A stretch of DNA of 64,000 bases from Eledone cirrhosa (Eukaryota), in assembly GCA_964016885.1 (NCBI GenBank), contig OZ024753.1, forward strand, positions 41,912,001 through 41,976,000, in the 5' to 3' direction. Shown here in pieces: positions 38,228 to 52,173 of this stretch; position 1 is the stretch's first letter; the number at the start of each line of letters is the position of its first letter. The notes beneath the pieces were generated by a model, which worked only from the letters and a program-made list of their open reading frames with translations, searched no databases and had not been told where the DNA came from. The translations under genes and the position numbers were made by a program.

Positions 38228-39481
38228 TTGGAACAAAACTTAACATAGGTTCTTACATAAAATTATGATGGAAGTATTTTAGATAAATATAAACAGTTTT
38301 CTATGGTAGAACCAGGGATATTTTCAGGAGGTTTTGGAACATAACTTAACATAGGTTCTTACATAAAATTATGATGGAAGTATTTTAGATAAATATAAAC
38401 AGTTTTCTATGGTAGAACCAGGGATATTTTCAGGAGGTTTTGGAACATAACTTAACATAGGTTCTTACATAAAATTATGATGGAAGTATTTTAGATAAAT
38501 ATAAACAGTTTTCTATGGTAGAACCAGGGATATTTTCAGGAGGTTTTGGAACATAACTTAACATAGGTTCTTACATAAAATTATGATGGAAGTATTTTAG
38601 ATAAATATAAACAGTTTTCTATGGTAGAACCTGGGATATTTTCAGGAGGTTTTGGAACATAACTTAACATAGGTTCTTACATAAAATTATGATGGAAGTA
38701 TTTTAGATAAATATAAACAGTTTTCTATGGTAGAACCAGGGATATTTTCAGGAGGTTTTGGAACATAACTTAACATAGGTTCTTACATAAAATTATGATG
38801 GAAGTATTTTAGATAAATATAAACAGTTTTCTATGGTAGAACCAGGGATATTTTCAGGAGGTTTTGGAACATAACTTAACATAGGTTCTTACATAAAATT
38901 ATGATGGAAGTATTTTAGATAAATATAAACAGTTTTCTATGGTAGAACCAGGGATATTTTCAGGAGGTTTTGGAACATAACTTAACATAGGTTCTTACAT
39001 AAAATTATGATGGAAGTATTTTAGATAAATATAAACAGTTTTCTATGGTAGAACCTGGGATATTTTCAGGAGGTTTTGGAACATAACTTAACATAGGTTC
39101 TTACATAAAATTATGATGGAAGTATTTTAGATAAATATAAACAGTTTTCTATGGTAGAACCAGGGATATTTTCAGGAGGTTTTGGAACATAACTTAACAT
39201 AGGTTCTTACATAAAATTATGATGGAAGTATTTTAGATAAATATAAACAGTTTTCTATGGTAGAACCAGGGATATTTTGGAACATAACTTAACAGAGGTT
39301 CTTACATAAAATTATGATGGAAGTATTTTAGATAAATATAAACAGTTTTCTATGGTAGAACCAGGGATATTTTGGAACATAACTTAACAGAGGTTCTTAC
39401 ATAAAATTATGATGGAAGTATTTTAGATAAATATAAACAGTTTTCTATGGTAGAACCAGGGATATTTTCAGGAGGTTTTGG
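38228..39481. repeat. 106-bp tandem array, ~12 copies, inside a dispersed repeat
   Basis: Period 106 (g38331 to g38437); same unit and flanks at ~58210-58900. Confidence 0.92.
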
Positions 39482-39764
39482 TATCAAAAAGGTTATCTTC
39501 TTCTGAACGCTATTCTCAATACTTTTTTTCCTTCATTCTTCCTTAGGTGTTGTTGTTGTTGTTGTTGTTGTTCGTAACGTCATTCTTTCTTCTTATCTTT
39601 TCTTAGCAACCACCTTTTGTTTTCATCTTCTCCTCCAACCGTCCCCTCTCTGTGTGTGCATGTGTGTCTCTGTCTCTCTCTCTCTCTCTAGCTTTCCCGT
39701 GTTTTCGTTCTTTCTCTCTCACCTCCTCTTTTTACCCTCCTATTAAATGTTTACGCCTACCGAA

Positions 39765-39815
<51 letters not shown>

Positions 39816-40232
39816 AACAGACTTAGAGACATACACATAAATAACTACATACACACATACACACATATAGATGGCCTTAGAGACATACACATAACTACAT
39901 ACATATACACACACATACATACATATGCACACAAATAGATGGACACACAGACACACTCACACACACATATGCAGACAAATAGCTACATACACACACATGC
40001 ACGCGTACAAAAAATAGATGGACATACAGACACATGCACACAGATAGATGGTTATACAGACACAGACGAGAACACACACACACAAATATATACAGGCACA
40101 CACATACACACACAACACACACACACACCTAATGTTTGTTATAGGTAGCATGCTCTCCATCCAACTTAGCAGCAGTAAAAACCTGGTCAGAGAGTGAGAG
40201 GGTTAGAGAGAGAGAGAGAGACAGAGAGAGAG

Positions 40233-40315
<83 letters not shown>

Positions 40316-40414
40316 CATGGTATTGGTGAGAAAGTGATAGAATGATAAATATATATAAATATAGGATAGAGAGAAGTAAGCATGAAATGGAAACTGCACA
40401 CACACACACACACT

Positions 40415-40460
40415 TTCCTGATGATTTGCTTCGAATGAAACAGTTCTAGTCCTGTAGAAG
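40415..40460 (+). ncRNA. Hammerhead motif of the 33151 family, 5'-truncated helix I
   Basis: ttc-CTGATGA-tttgcttcgaat-GAAACAGTTCTAGTCCTGTA-gaag. Confidence 0.55.
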
Positions 40461-40582
40461 CAATTTCTATATTAAATTTGTTTTATATATATATATATGT
40501 GTCGGAAAGGTCCAGGAAAAAAGAGTGCTCTATGTAGGTTACAGAGCTTAATAGTTATGTAATAAACAACATAAGATAATTA

Positions 40583-40642
40583 TTTCATTTACCAGTGGTT
40601 TCTTGAAAGCAACCAAAATTGCTTTCATTCATCAGAATGAAA
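40583..40642 (-). ncRNA. Type I hammerhead motif, left arm of palindrome
   Basis: Reverse complement of 40674-40733. Confidence 0.7.
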
Positions 40643-40673
40643 AAACCCACTGTCAATAAAGACACCAGGATTT

Positions 40674-40733
40674 TTTCATTCTGATGAATGAAAGCAATTT
40701 TGGTTGCTTTCAAGAAACCACTGGTAAATGAAA
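40674..40733 (+). ncRNA. Type I hammerhead motif, right arm of palindrome
   Basis: TTTCATT-CTGATGA-A-TGAAAGCAA(TTTTGG)TTGCTTTCA-A-GAA-ACCA(C)TGGT-A-AATGAAA; GUA triplet. Confidence 0.7.
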
Positions 40734-40805
40734 TAATTATCTTATGTTGTTTATTACATAACTAAATATATATATATATATATATATATATTTTAATATA
40801 GAAAA

Positions 40806-40852
40806 GCTTCTACAGGACTAGAACCGTTTCATTCGGGAGAAATCATCAGGAA
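40806..40852 (-). ncRNA. Hammerhead motif of the 33151 family
   Basis: Minus strand reads ttcCTGATGAtttctcccgaatGAAACggttctagtcctGTAgaagc. Confidence 0.6.
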
Positions 40853-40931
40853 TATATATATATTCCTGATGATATATATATATGAAGTAATAACCGAAAC
40901 ATCGAAGTCACTGCTAGATTTTCAGCAATGT

Positions 40932-41010
<79 letters not shown>

Positions 41011-41229
41011 GGAACACCTTTATATATATATATATATATAAGAGGGAACACCTTTACATATATATATAGTTCTCACGAGGAGAGGAAGGAAGAAAGAACA
41101 ACATTTTTAAGCCACCCCAAAAAAGAAATCGAGCTAGCCTCCATTCTATATCCTGCTCCAGAATGATGCCAAATAAACCTGCCTCAATATTACAAGACAG
41201 CTTTCTACCAGAACCAGACAACAACCAAC

Positions 41230-42268
41230 TCCCTGCTCTCTCTGCCTCTTTCTCAGTCTCTCTCTCTGCCTGTCTCTCAGTCTCTCTCTTTCTCTTTCTC
41301 GCTCCATCTCTCTGTCACTCTGCCTGTCTCTCAGTCTCTCTCCATCTCTCAGTCTTTCTCTCTCTCCATCTCTCTCTCTCTGCCTGTCTCTCAGTCTCTC
41401 TCTGGCTCTCTCTCCATCTCTCTGTCACTCTGCCTGTCTCTCAGTCTCTCTCTCCATCTCTCTGTCACTCTGCCTGTCTCTCAGTCTCTCTCTCTCTCTC
41501 TCTCTCCATCTCTCAGTCTCTCTCTTTCTCCCAATTTCTGTCTTTCTCTCTGCCTGTCTCTCAGTCTCTCTCTCTCTCTCTCTCCATCTCTCTGTCACTC
41601 TGCCTGTCTCTCAGTCTCTCTCTCCATCTCTCTGTCACTCTGCCTGTCTCTCAGTCTCTCTCTCTCTCTCCATCTCTCAGTCTCTCTCTTTCTCTCTCTC
41701 TCCATCTCTCAGTCTCTCTCTTTCTCCCAATTTCTGTCTTTCTCTCTGCCTGTCTCTCAGTCTCTCTCTCTCTCTCTCGTTCGCTCTCTCTCCATCTCTC
41801 TGTCACTCTGCCTGTCTCTCTGTCACTCTGTCTGTCTCTGTCTCTCTTTCGCTCTCAGTCTCTTACTGCCTCTTCGTCTCTCCCTCTCTCTGCTTTCCAA
41901 TGTAGGAACTGCTTGTCAATAATTATACAGCATCGACAGAAACAGCTTTCAACCACCAACAGCAAGCGGCTCACTGTCCCCCGCTCTCTCTTACACTGCT
42001 CTCCCTGCCCTCCCTATCACTCTCACGCTCTCTCTCTCTCTCTCTTTATCTATCTGTCTGTCTCTGTCTCCCTATTTCTCTCACATTCACTCTGTCTTTC
42101 TCTCTGCCTGGCTGTCTGTATCTCCCTTTTTCTCTTAGTTTAAGTCTCTCACAGCCTCTCTGTCTCTCTCTCTCTCTCTTCCAATGGGGGAACCGTTTGT
42201 CAATAAGTGTACAAAACAAACCTGCCACAGTATAGAGAGAGAGAGGCGAGAGGGGAGAGAGAGAAGAG

Positions 42269-42304
<36 letters not shown>

Positions 42305-42325
42305 GCGAGAGGGGAGAGAGAGAAG

Positions 42326-42365
<40 letters not shown>

Positions 42366-42388
42366 GAGAGAGGGGAGAGAGAGAAGAG

Positions 42389-42424
<36 letters not shown>

Positions 42425-44550
42425 GAGAGAGGGGAGAGAGAGAAGAGAGATATATATATATATAGAGAGAGAGAGAGAGGAGAGATAGAGATAGATAGAT
42501 AGAGAGAGAGAGGGGGGGGGGGGGAGGGGAGATATAGATAGATAGAGAGAGAGAGAGGAGAGATAGAGAGAGAGAGAGGGGGGAGGGAAAGAAAGAGAGA
42601 CAGCTTTTCACCACAACCCAGGCAGCAGTTCACGCTTCTCTCTCTCTCTCACCTTTTCTCAATAACACTTCACCACCACCACCGACATCTCTCTCTCTCT
42701 CTCCCTCTTTGTCAGTCTCTCCTCCTTGTCAATAACACTTCACCACCTACACCACTCTCTCTATCTCCCCCTCCCCCATCTCTCTCTCTCACAGCGTCTC
42801 TCTCTCCCTCCCCCCATCTCTCTCTGTCAGTCTCGCCTTGTCTCAATAACATTTCACTATCGACACTTCTCTCTCTCTCCCTCCCCTATCTCCCCCCCCT
42901 CTCTCTCTGTCAGTCTCTCCTTCTCGTCAATAACATTTCACCCCTCTCTCTCTCTCTCTCTCTCCTCCTTGTCTCTATAACACCCACCACCACCACCGAC
43001 ACCACACCCACCACCACCACCACCATTTCTCTCTCTCTCTGTCAGTCTCTCCTTGTCTCTATAACACCCACCACCACCACCACCACCCATCACCACCACC
43101 ACCACCATTTCTCTCTCTCTGTCAGTCTCTCCTTGTCTCTATAACACCCACCACCACCACCCACCACCACCACCACCACCCACCACCACCCATCACCACC
43201 CATCATCAACACCACCACCACCACCACCACCACCACCACCACCACCCATCACCACCCATCATCAACACCACCACCACCACCACCACCACCGACACCACCA
43301 CCACCACCACCATCCATCACCACCCATCATCAACACCACCACCACCACCACCACCACCACCAACACCACCACCCACCACCACCACCACCACCACCTCCAC
43401 CACCACCACCACCTCCACCACCACCACCATCATCACCAATCACCACCCATCACCACCACCACCACCACCACCTCCACCACCACCACCACCATCACCACCA
43501 CCACCCATCACCACCCATCACCACCACCACCACCACCAACACCAACCACCACCAACACCATCACCACCACCACCATCATCAACACCACCACCACCCACCA
43601 CCACCACCACCACCACCATCACCACCACCACCACCATCATCAACACCACCACCACCCACCACCACCACCACCCACCACCACCACCAACACCACCACCACC
43701 ACCACCACCAACACCACCACCCATCATCAACACCACCAACACCACCACCCATCACCACCACCATCACCACCACCACCACCGACACCACCACTCACCACCA
43801 CCACCACCACCACCACCATCATCAACACCACCACCACCCACACCACCACCAACACCACCAACACCACCTCCACCACCACCACCACCTCCACCACCACCAC
43901 CATCATCACCAATCACCACCCATCACCACCACCACCACCACCACCACCACCACCTCCACCACCACCACCACCACCACCACCCATCACCACCACCACCACC
44001 ACCACCTCCACCACCACCACCACCATCACCACCACCACCCATCACCACCCATCACCACCACCACCACCACCACCTCCACCACCACCACCACCATCACCAC
44101 CACCACCCATCACCACCCATCACCATCACCACCACCACCAACACCAACCACCACCAACACCATCACCACCACCACCATCATCAACACCACCACCACCACC
44201 ACCACCACCATCACCACCACCACCACCATCACCAACACCACCACCACCCATCACCACCACCGACACCACCACTCACCACCACCACCACCATCATCAACAC
44301 CACCACCACCCACCACCACCACCACCCACCACCACCACCAACACCACCACCACCACCACCACCAACACCACCACCCATCATCAACACCACCAACACCACC
44401 ACCCATCACCACCACCATCACCACCACCACCACCGACACCACCACTCACCACCACCACCACCATCATCAACACCACCACCACCCACCACCACCATCACCA
44501 CCACCCATCACCACCACCAACACCATCAACACCACCACCACCCACCACCA
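41230..44550. repeat. Complex (CT)n/(GA)n block followed by a (CCA)n block
   Basis: Direct reading. Confidence 0.9.
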
Positions 44551-45011
44551 CCGACACGCTGTTGTTTATTTAACCAGTAAGCTTCATCAAACCTCCTATA
44601 AACATGGACACTTATACATAGGTGGTGGTGGCGGCGGTGGCGGTAGATTACGGGTGGTGGTGGTGGGGTGGTGGGGTGGTGGTGGTGTTGACACGGATGC
44701 AGCAGCAGCCAGGTGGTGGCGGTGGTGGTGGCGGTGGTGGTGGTGATGGAGATTTGACACGGGTGCAGCAACCAGGTGGATTACGGGTGGTTGTGGTGAG
44801 GGTCATGGCGGTTTGACGTGGATGTAACAGCCAGGGGGGGGGGGGGCCTCACCATATTTAAAGGGCACCAAATATGTAAAGGATCCCTATGGAATCTTCA
44901 GCCAGTGACCCAACAACATTTAAAGGGGCCCCAAATTTAACCCCCCACTGTCCGTGACTTTGTACTGTCGGCCCTTGTGGCCAATAAATGAAATCATTGT
45001 TATTATTATTA

Positions 45012-45203
45012 AGGGGCGGTGGATAGGCAATATTAGTAGAGGGTCGGACGCCATGCTTTGAGGCATTGAGTTACGGCCCTTTACGGTCTGAGTTCAAATC
45101 CCGCCGAGGTTAACTTTGCCTTTCATCGTTACGGGGTCGATAAAATAAAGTACCAGTAATGCACTGAGGTAATTGCTAGCCTTGTGCCAAAGGTAGTAAC
45201 AAT
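45012..45203 (+). mobile_element. SINE family A, followed by a truncated 3' copy
   Basis: Family consensus match. Confidence 0.85.
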
Positions 45204-45499
45204 TGTTATATATTTTATAAGGTCGATAAAATAAAGTACCAGTAATGCACTGGGGTCAATTTAATCAACTTATTAATTGCTGGTCTTGTGCTTAAATAAA
45301 TAAATAAAACCCATTGTTATTGTTATTTGTTGTTACCATCAATAATATGGCAGGTCCTTGATGTGATGGAATGTCTAGCCCCTGCCCCCTTCAGTCCACC
45401 CTTGTACCTATATATTACATAAACTGTGCAGATATATCTACATAAAGGGGTTGACTAGTTCTATCTAGAATGCGGAAGGACATTATTTTACATGTATGT

Positions 45500-46132
45500 A
45501 TATATATATATAGTTTATATATATATGTTGTTTATATATATATGTTGTTTATATATATATGTTGTTTATATATATATGTTGTTTATATATATATATTGTT
45601 TATATATATATATAGTTTATATATATATATAGTTTATATATATATATAGTTTATATATATATGTTGTTTATATATATATATTGTTTATATATATAGTTTA
45701 TATATATATATAGTTTATATATATATGTTGTTTATATATATATTGTTTATATATATATATTGTTTATATATATATATAGTTTATATATATATAAAGTTTA
45801 TATATATATATATGTTGTTTATATATATATATATAAACAAGTTTATGTATATATACAAACACATATACATACATACATATATGTATATATGTTTATAAGT
45901 GTATATATATATATATCGACTTATTCTGCTGTAAAAAAGTAAAATTGAATATAGAAATAAAAATTTAGTGTTATATATAAATTACTGTATATAACATGCT
46001 ATATATAAATTAGTGTATATAACATTGTATATAACATTGTATATAACATGCTATATATAAATTAGTGTGTATAACATGCTATATATAAATTATTGTATAA
46101 CATACTATATATAAACTAGTCTGTATAACATG

Positions 46133-46180
<48 letters not shown>

Positions 46181-46795
46181 TGTATAACATGCTATATACA
46201 GTGTGTATAACATGCTATATATATAGTGTGTATAACATGCTATATATAGTGTGCATAACATGCTATATATATATATAGTGTGTATAACATGCTATATACA
46301 GTGTGTATAACATGCTATATACAGTGTGTATAACATGATATATATATAGTGTGTATAACATGCTATATATATATATATATATATAGTGTGTATAACATGC
46401 TATATATATATAGTGTGTATAACATGCTATATATAGTGTGCATAACATGCTATATATATATATAGTGTGTATAACATGCTATATACAGTGTGTATAACAT
46501 GATATATATATAGTGTGTATAACATGCTATATATATATATATATATAGTGTGTATAACATGCTATATATATATAGTGTGTATAACATGCTATATATAGTG
46601 TGCATAACATGCTATATATATATATAGTGTGTATAACATGCTATATACAGTGTGTATAACATGATATATATATAGTGTGTATAACATGCTATATATATAT
46701 AGTGTGTATAACATGCTATATATATATAGTGTGTATAACATGCTATATATATATATATAGTGTGTATAACATGCTATATATTTAGTGTGTATAAT
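45500..46795. repeat. (TA)n-derived minisatellites (gttgtttatatata; gtgtgtataacatgctatata)
   Basis: Direct reading. Confidence 0.9.
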
Positions 46796-47249
46796 ATATT
46801 GAATTGAATTTTTTATTTTATATTTTTTTTACTTTTCGATAGCCAGCGTTGTTGTCAACAACATTTTTTTTCACACACCACACCCCTTCCCCATCCACCC
46901 ACCCACCACCACCATCACTACACCCCCCAACCGCCACCATTACACCCCTCCCACTACCGCCACCATTACACCCCTCCCACCATTTTCATCATCCCCCACT
47001 ACAACCCCTACCCCACCCCACCATTTCCATCATTACTATTGTCACCAACCACCACTTCCACCATCACCACCACCATCGCCGCCACCACCACCACCACCAC
47101 CATCGCCGCCACCACCACCACTACCATCGCCGTGATAATCATCATCATCATCAACATGATAATCAACATCATTATCAGCAACAACAACAACAAATATCAT
47201 CATCATCATCACCACCACGTTTGTTGTTGCTGCAGCAGCAACACCAGCA

Positions 47250-48700
47250 AGATGGTGGTGGTGATGGTGGTGGTGATGGTAGTGGTGATGGTGGTGGTGA
47301 TGGTAGTGGTGATGGTGGTGGTGATGGTGGTGATAGTGGTGATGGTGGTGGTGATGGTGGTGGTGATGGTAGTGGTGATGGTGGTGGTGATGGTGGTGGT
47401 GATGGTGGTGGTGATGGTAGTGGTGATGGTGGTGGTGATGGTGGTGATAGTGGTGATGGTGGTGGTGATGGTGGTGGTGATGGTAGTGGTGATGGTGGTG
47501 ATGGTAGTGGTGGTTGTATGAGATTGGTGGTGGTGGTGGTAGAGATAATGGTGGTGGTGGTTGTGGTGGAGATAATGGTGGTGGTATGAGATTGATGGTG
47601 GTGGTGGTGGTAGTGGTGATGGTAGTGGTGGTGGTGGTGATGGTAGTGGTGGTTGTATGAGATTGGTGGTGGTGGTGGTTGTGGTGGAGATAATGGTGGT
47701 GGTTGTGGTAGAGATAATGGTGGTGGTAGTGGTAGAGATAATGGTGGTGGTGGTGGTGGTGGTGGTGGTAGAGATAATGGTGGTGGTAGTGGTGGTAGAG
47801 ATGGTGGCTGTGGTGGTGGTGGTGGTAGTGGTGGTGGTGGTGGTAGAGATAATGGTGGTGGTAGTGGTGGTGGCGGTGGTAGAGATAATGGTGGTGGTAG
47901 TGGTGGTAGAGATGGTGGCTGTGGTGGTGGTGGTGGTAGAGATAATGGTGGTGGTGGTGGTGGTAGAGATGGTGGCTGTGGTGGTGGTGGTGGTAGTGGT
48001 GGTGGTGGTGGTAGAGATAATGGTGGTGGTAGTGGTGGTAGAGATGGTGGCTGTGGTGGTGGTGGTGGTAGAGATAATGGTGGTGGTAGTGGTGGTAGGG
48101 ATGGTGGCTGTGGTGGTGGTAGAGATAATGGTGGTAGTAGTGGTGGTGGTGGTAGTGGTGGTAGTGGTGGTAGAGATGGTGGGTATTATTGTATGAGATG
48201 GTAGTATTGGTGGTGGTTGTGGTTGTATAAGATGATGATGATGGTAGTGGTAGTAGTAGTGGTGGTATGGACAGTGGTTGTGATTGTGGTAGTGGTGGTT
48301 GTGGTTGTATGAGATGATGATGATGGTAGTGGTAGTAGTAGTAGTGGTAGTGGTGGTGGTATGGACAGTGGTTGTGATTGTGGTAGTGGTGGTTGTGGTT
48401 GTATGAGATGATGATGATGGTAGTGGTAGTAGTAGTAGTGGTAGTGGTGGTGGTATGGACAGTGGTTGTGATTGTGGTAGTGGTGGTTGTGGTTGTATGA
48501 GATGATGATGATGGTAGTGGTAGTAGTAGTAGTGGTAGTGGTGGCGGTATGGACAGTGGTTGTGATTGTGGTAGTGGTGGTTGTGGTTGTGCTTATATTA
48601 GATGGAGGTGTTGGTGGTGTTATGATATGATGAAGGTAAAGGAAGTGGTAGTGGTAGTAGTAGTAGTGGTGATGGCAGCAGTAGCAGTAGTGGCAGCAAC

Positions 48701-48732
<32 letters not shown>

Positions 48733-48782
48733 TGGCAGCAGCAGCAGTAGTAGTAGTAGTAGTGGCAGTAGTAGTGGTAGTA
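47250..48782. repeat. (GGT)n/(AGT)n simple-repeat block with higher-order units
   Basis: Direct reading. Confidence 0.9.
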
Positions 48783-49751
48783 TGAGATGATAAGATGCAG
48801 TAGAGACGTACGTAGTCAGTCATGTTTCTTCTGTGGATATTTTTACCAGAGAAATTCAACCAGGTACAGCTGTTATTGTTGTTCTACATCATTAATGAAC
48901 TATTATACATACATTCATATATACACACAATTCTACACATACATACATATATATATATACTGTATATTTCGTTCAAATTTTCTCGGTTTACCTATCTATT
49001 TACAAGTCGAAACCCTTTCTTAAATACTCACCCTCAATTTAAACTCCTATCATTTTCACATCAACTGTAAACTGAATGAAAAAAAAAAAAGCTGCTGCTG
49101 TATATTATATTATATTACTATTGTTATTATTAATAGTAGTGTTAGTACCAGTAATGCACTGGTGTCGATTTAATCGACTTTCCCCCTCTCCACTCAAAAA
49201 ATTGTTGGCCTTGTGCTTAAATCAGAAACCATTTTTTTTTTTTTTTTTTTTAGATATTAGTACCAGTAATCGACTGGGGTTGATTTAATCGACTTTCCCT
49301 TTCCCTTCGAATTGCTGGCCTTGTGCTTAATGTAGAAATAATAATAATTATTATTATTATTGTTGTTGCTGTTGTTGTTGTTGTTATCGATAGTTTGCAG
49401 AGTAATAAATATTATTGGATCTTTCTACTACCGTCTGTCTGTCAAGGAAGGAGCTCCTTAGACAAGACACTTCTTTCCTCGATATATTTATTGTGCAGTG
49501 CACTGCCCAACAGTGCAGACCTGAGGAGGAGGAGAGCAATTTGTGATTCCAACCAAGTCTATTTATTTGCCCAATTATTAGTATTATTGTTATTATCATC
49601 ATCATCATCATCATCATCATCTACAACAGCAGCATCATTTATCACCCCCTTCCTTTTATGACCATCTCTGATTTGTTTGCTAGTCATCGCGACTAAGTCG
49701 CTAGTATATAAATATATAAATTTATCTACTTACTGCCAGTCACTCGTCAAC

Positions 49752-49782
<31 letters not shown>

Positions 49783-50003
49783 GAAGTGAATAGAGGAGCT
49801 GTCACCCGATGAGAAAAAGGGTGACTGAGGTCATTTGACTACGAGACTAACGTGACGTCTAAGCTGTTGTTTTTGAAACAGAAGCTGTGTCACACACACA
49901 CACACAGAGATACTCACACACACAGATACTCACACACATTCACACACGGTCGGTCGTCGGTCGGTTGTGAGAGAAAGGAAGCAAGCTGAAAGAAGAAGAA
50001 GCT

Positions 50004-51752
50004 ATGAAACAAAAATACAACCTTCGAACTTCAACTTTAATATTCCTGACTCTGCTATCTTTTTTCGTGTCAGGAAAAGAGGAAGAAGAAGAAGATAAAC
50101 GTAAATGTGAAGAAATCACCGTTCCAATGTGTCGCGATATTGGTTATAATATGACCTATATGCCGAATCAATTTAACCAAGAGACACAAGAAGAAGCCGG
50201 ATTAGAGGTCCATCAATTTTGGCCCCTCGTTAAAATACAGTGTTCACCAGACCTCAGATTTTTTTTATGCAGCCTCTATTTACCTATTTGCATGGAGAAT
50301 TATAAAAAGCCGTTACCACCTTGTCGATCTGTGTGTGAGAGGGCCAAAGCAGGTTGTGCCCCTGTTATGTTAGTCTATTCGTTTGTTTGGCCGGAGCATA
50401 TGAACTGTGATGAACTTCCTGAATTTGGATCCAAACCATTGTGTATGGATATGAACGTAACTGACCGTCCTTCACCCCCGACTAAACCACATTACTTGTT
50501 ACCAACAGATCGTTCATATAACCCATTTGGAGAAACAAAACCATGGCACTTTAATAAGCAAAACAACCCCTATTATAAACCAAAGAACAGTTTGTCTAAA
50601 CATAATATGGAAACAAGTACCAAAAAATGTTCTTGTGGCTGTAAACCTCCACTAGTGCAACCAGACGAGCACAGTGGTGCTTACCATGCTCGGATTACAA
50701 CGGGAAAAATTAAGAAATGTGCAATCAACTGTTATGGACCTTATTTTGGACGTAATGAACAAACGTTTGCCAATTTCTGGATTGGTCTTTGGTCAATTTT
50801 ATGTTGTATTTCCACAGCTACAACTATCAGTACTTTTCTTATTGACATGCAGAGATTTCGTTATCCAGAACGTCCTATCATATTCCTGAGCGCTTGTTAT
50901 TTCATGGTGAGCATTGGTTACATAATTCGGCTAATTGTCGGCCATGAGAAGGTTGCCTGTGATGGAGATATGATACGGTATAGTACAACGGGACCAGCTT
51001 TATGTACCATTGTGTTTTTATTGATTTACTTCTTTGGAATGGCTTCTTCGATTTGGTGGGTGATCTTATCTTTCACCTGGTTTTTGGCTGCTGGTTTAAA
51101 GTGGGCCGAAGAAGCCATTGCAAGTTATTCTCAATATTTTCACCTGGCAGCCTGGTTGATACCGTCTGTAAAAAGTATAGCTGTGTTGGCCATGTCTTCT
51201 GTTGATGGAGATTCTGTAGGGGGTATATGTTATGTAGGAAATCAAAATTTAGAAACTCTACGAGGGTTTGTGCTTGCTCCGTTGTTTGTATATCTAGTCC
51301 TCGGTACATCGTTTTTATTTGGTGGGTTTGTCTCTTTGTTTCGTATTCGGAACGCTATAAAACGCCAAGGACGAGCTAAGACAGAAAAATTAGAAAAACT
51401 CATGATCAGAATTGGTGTATTTTCTTTCCTCTACACAGTTCCTGCAACTATTGTTATAGCGATATACTTCTATGAGCAACACATGCGTTCTGTATGGGAA
51501 ACAGACTTCACTTGTTCATGTGGAGGTTATCAACACAAACCTGACTTTTCTGTTTTTATGTTAAAATATTTCATGTGTTTAGTTGTTGGAATCACATCAG
51601 GTTTTTGGATTTGGACGGGAAAAACACTGGATTCATGGAAACGGTTTTATGGAAAGATTTGTCAAAGCCGGTCTTATAATACTTCAAATCGTATGAAATA
51701 TACCAATCCCTCGTACCAAATGACCAAACCACAGCCAATGGACCACGTTTGA
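50004..51752 (+). CDS. FZD5/8: Frizzled-5/8 Wnt receptor, intronless, 582 aa
   Basis: Signal peptide; CRD with Fz5/8-type MPNQFNxxTQEEAGLEVHQFWPLV; seven TM segments; KTLDSW (KTxxxW); C-terminal -DHV. Confidence 0.95.
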   Translation: MKQKYNLRTSTLIFLTLLSFFVSGKEEEEEDKRKCEEITVPMCRDIGYNMTYMPNQFNQETQEEAGLEVHQFWPLVKIQCSPDLRFFLCSLYLPICMENYKKPLPPCRSVCERAKAGCAPVMLVYSFVWPEHMNCDELPEFGSKPLCMDMNVTDRPSPPTKPHYLLPTDRSYNPFGETKPWHFNKQNNPYYKPKNSLSKHNMETSTKKCSCGCKPPLVQPDEHSGAYHARITTGKIKKCAINCYGPYFGRNEQTFANFWIGLWSILCCISTATTISTFLIDMQRFRYPERPIIFLSACYFMVSIGYIIRLIVGHEKVACDGDMIRYSTTGPALCTIVFLLIYFFGMASSIWWVILSFTWFLAAGLKWAEEAIASYSQYFHLAAWLIPSVKSIAVLAMSSVDGDSVGGICYVGNQNLETLRGFVLAPLFVYLVLGTSFLFGGFVSLFRIRNAIKRQGRAKTEKLEKLMIRIGVFSFLYTVPATIVIAIYFYEQHMRSVWETDFTCSCGGYQHKPDFSVFMLKYFMCLVVGITSGFWIWTGKTLDSWKRFYGKICQSRSYNTSNRMKYTNPSYQMTKPQPMDHV

Positions 51753-52122
51753 AAATAGTTTCCGAATAAAAAGTCTTGTAAAAATAATACTTTCATTCAA
51801 TGAGGATTCCAATTTCATTTGTCATTAAAAACGATCGGAAAAAATTCACTGGAAATTCTGTGAACCCTACTCTGCAGCCATGAATATTAAATTATTATGA
51901 TTCATTCGTGAAATACCGACAGAAAACCCACAGTGTAAAATTGAATGGCAAAACGATACACGAAGCTTGAATATATTTAATAAATCCAAATATTTAAATA
52001 TATTTTTAAAAAGTTTATTAAAAAATAATATCAACGGTACCACAGTTCGTGGTTTGTCCAATCTCGCTGTTGGTTTATATATATACACCGCTAGAAATCT
52101 AAACAGCAGAATATATACACTG

Positions 52123-52173
<51 letters not shown>

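Noticed and set aside
41163-48859. Long Ser/Leu-, His-, Gly- and Val-rich ORFs
   Set aside because: Products of (CT)n, (CCA)n and (GGT)n repeats; no domain or splice support
50674-51309. Short ORFs overlapping Frizzled
   Set aside because: Alternate-frame or antisense shadows of the real CDS
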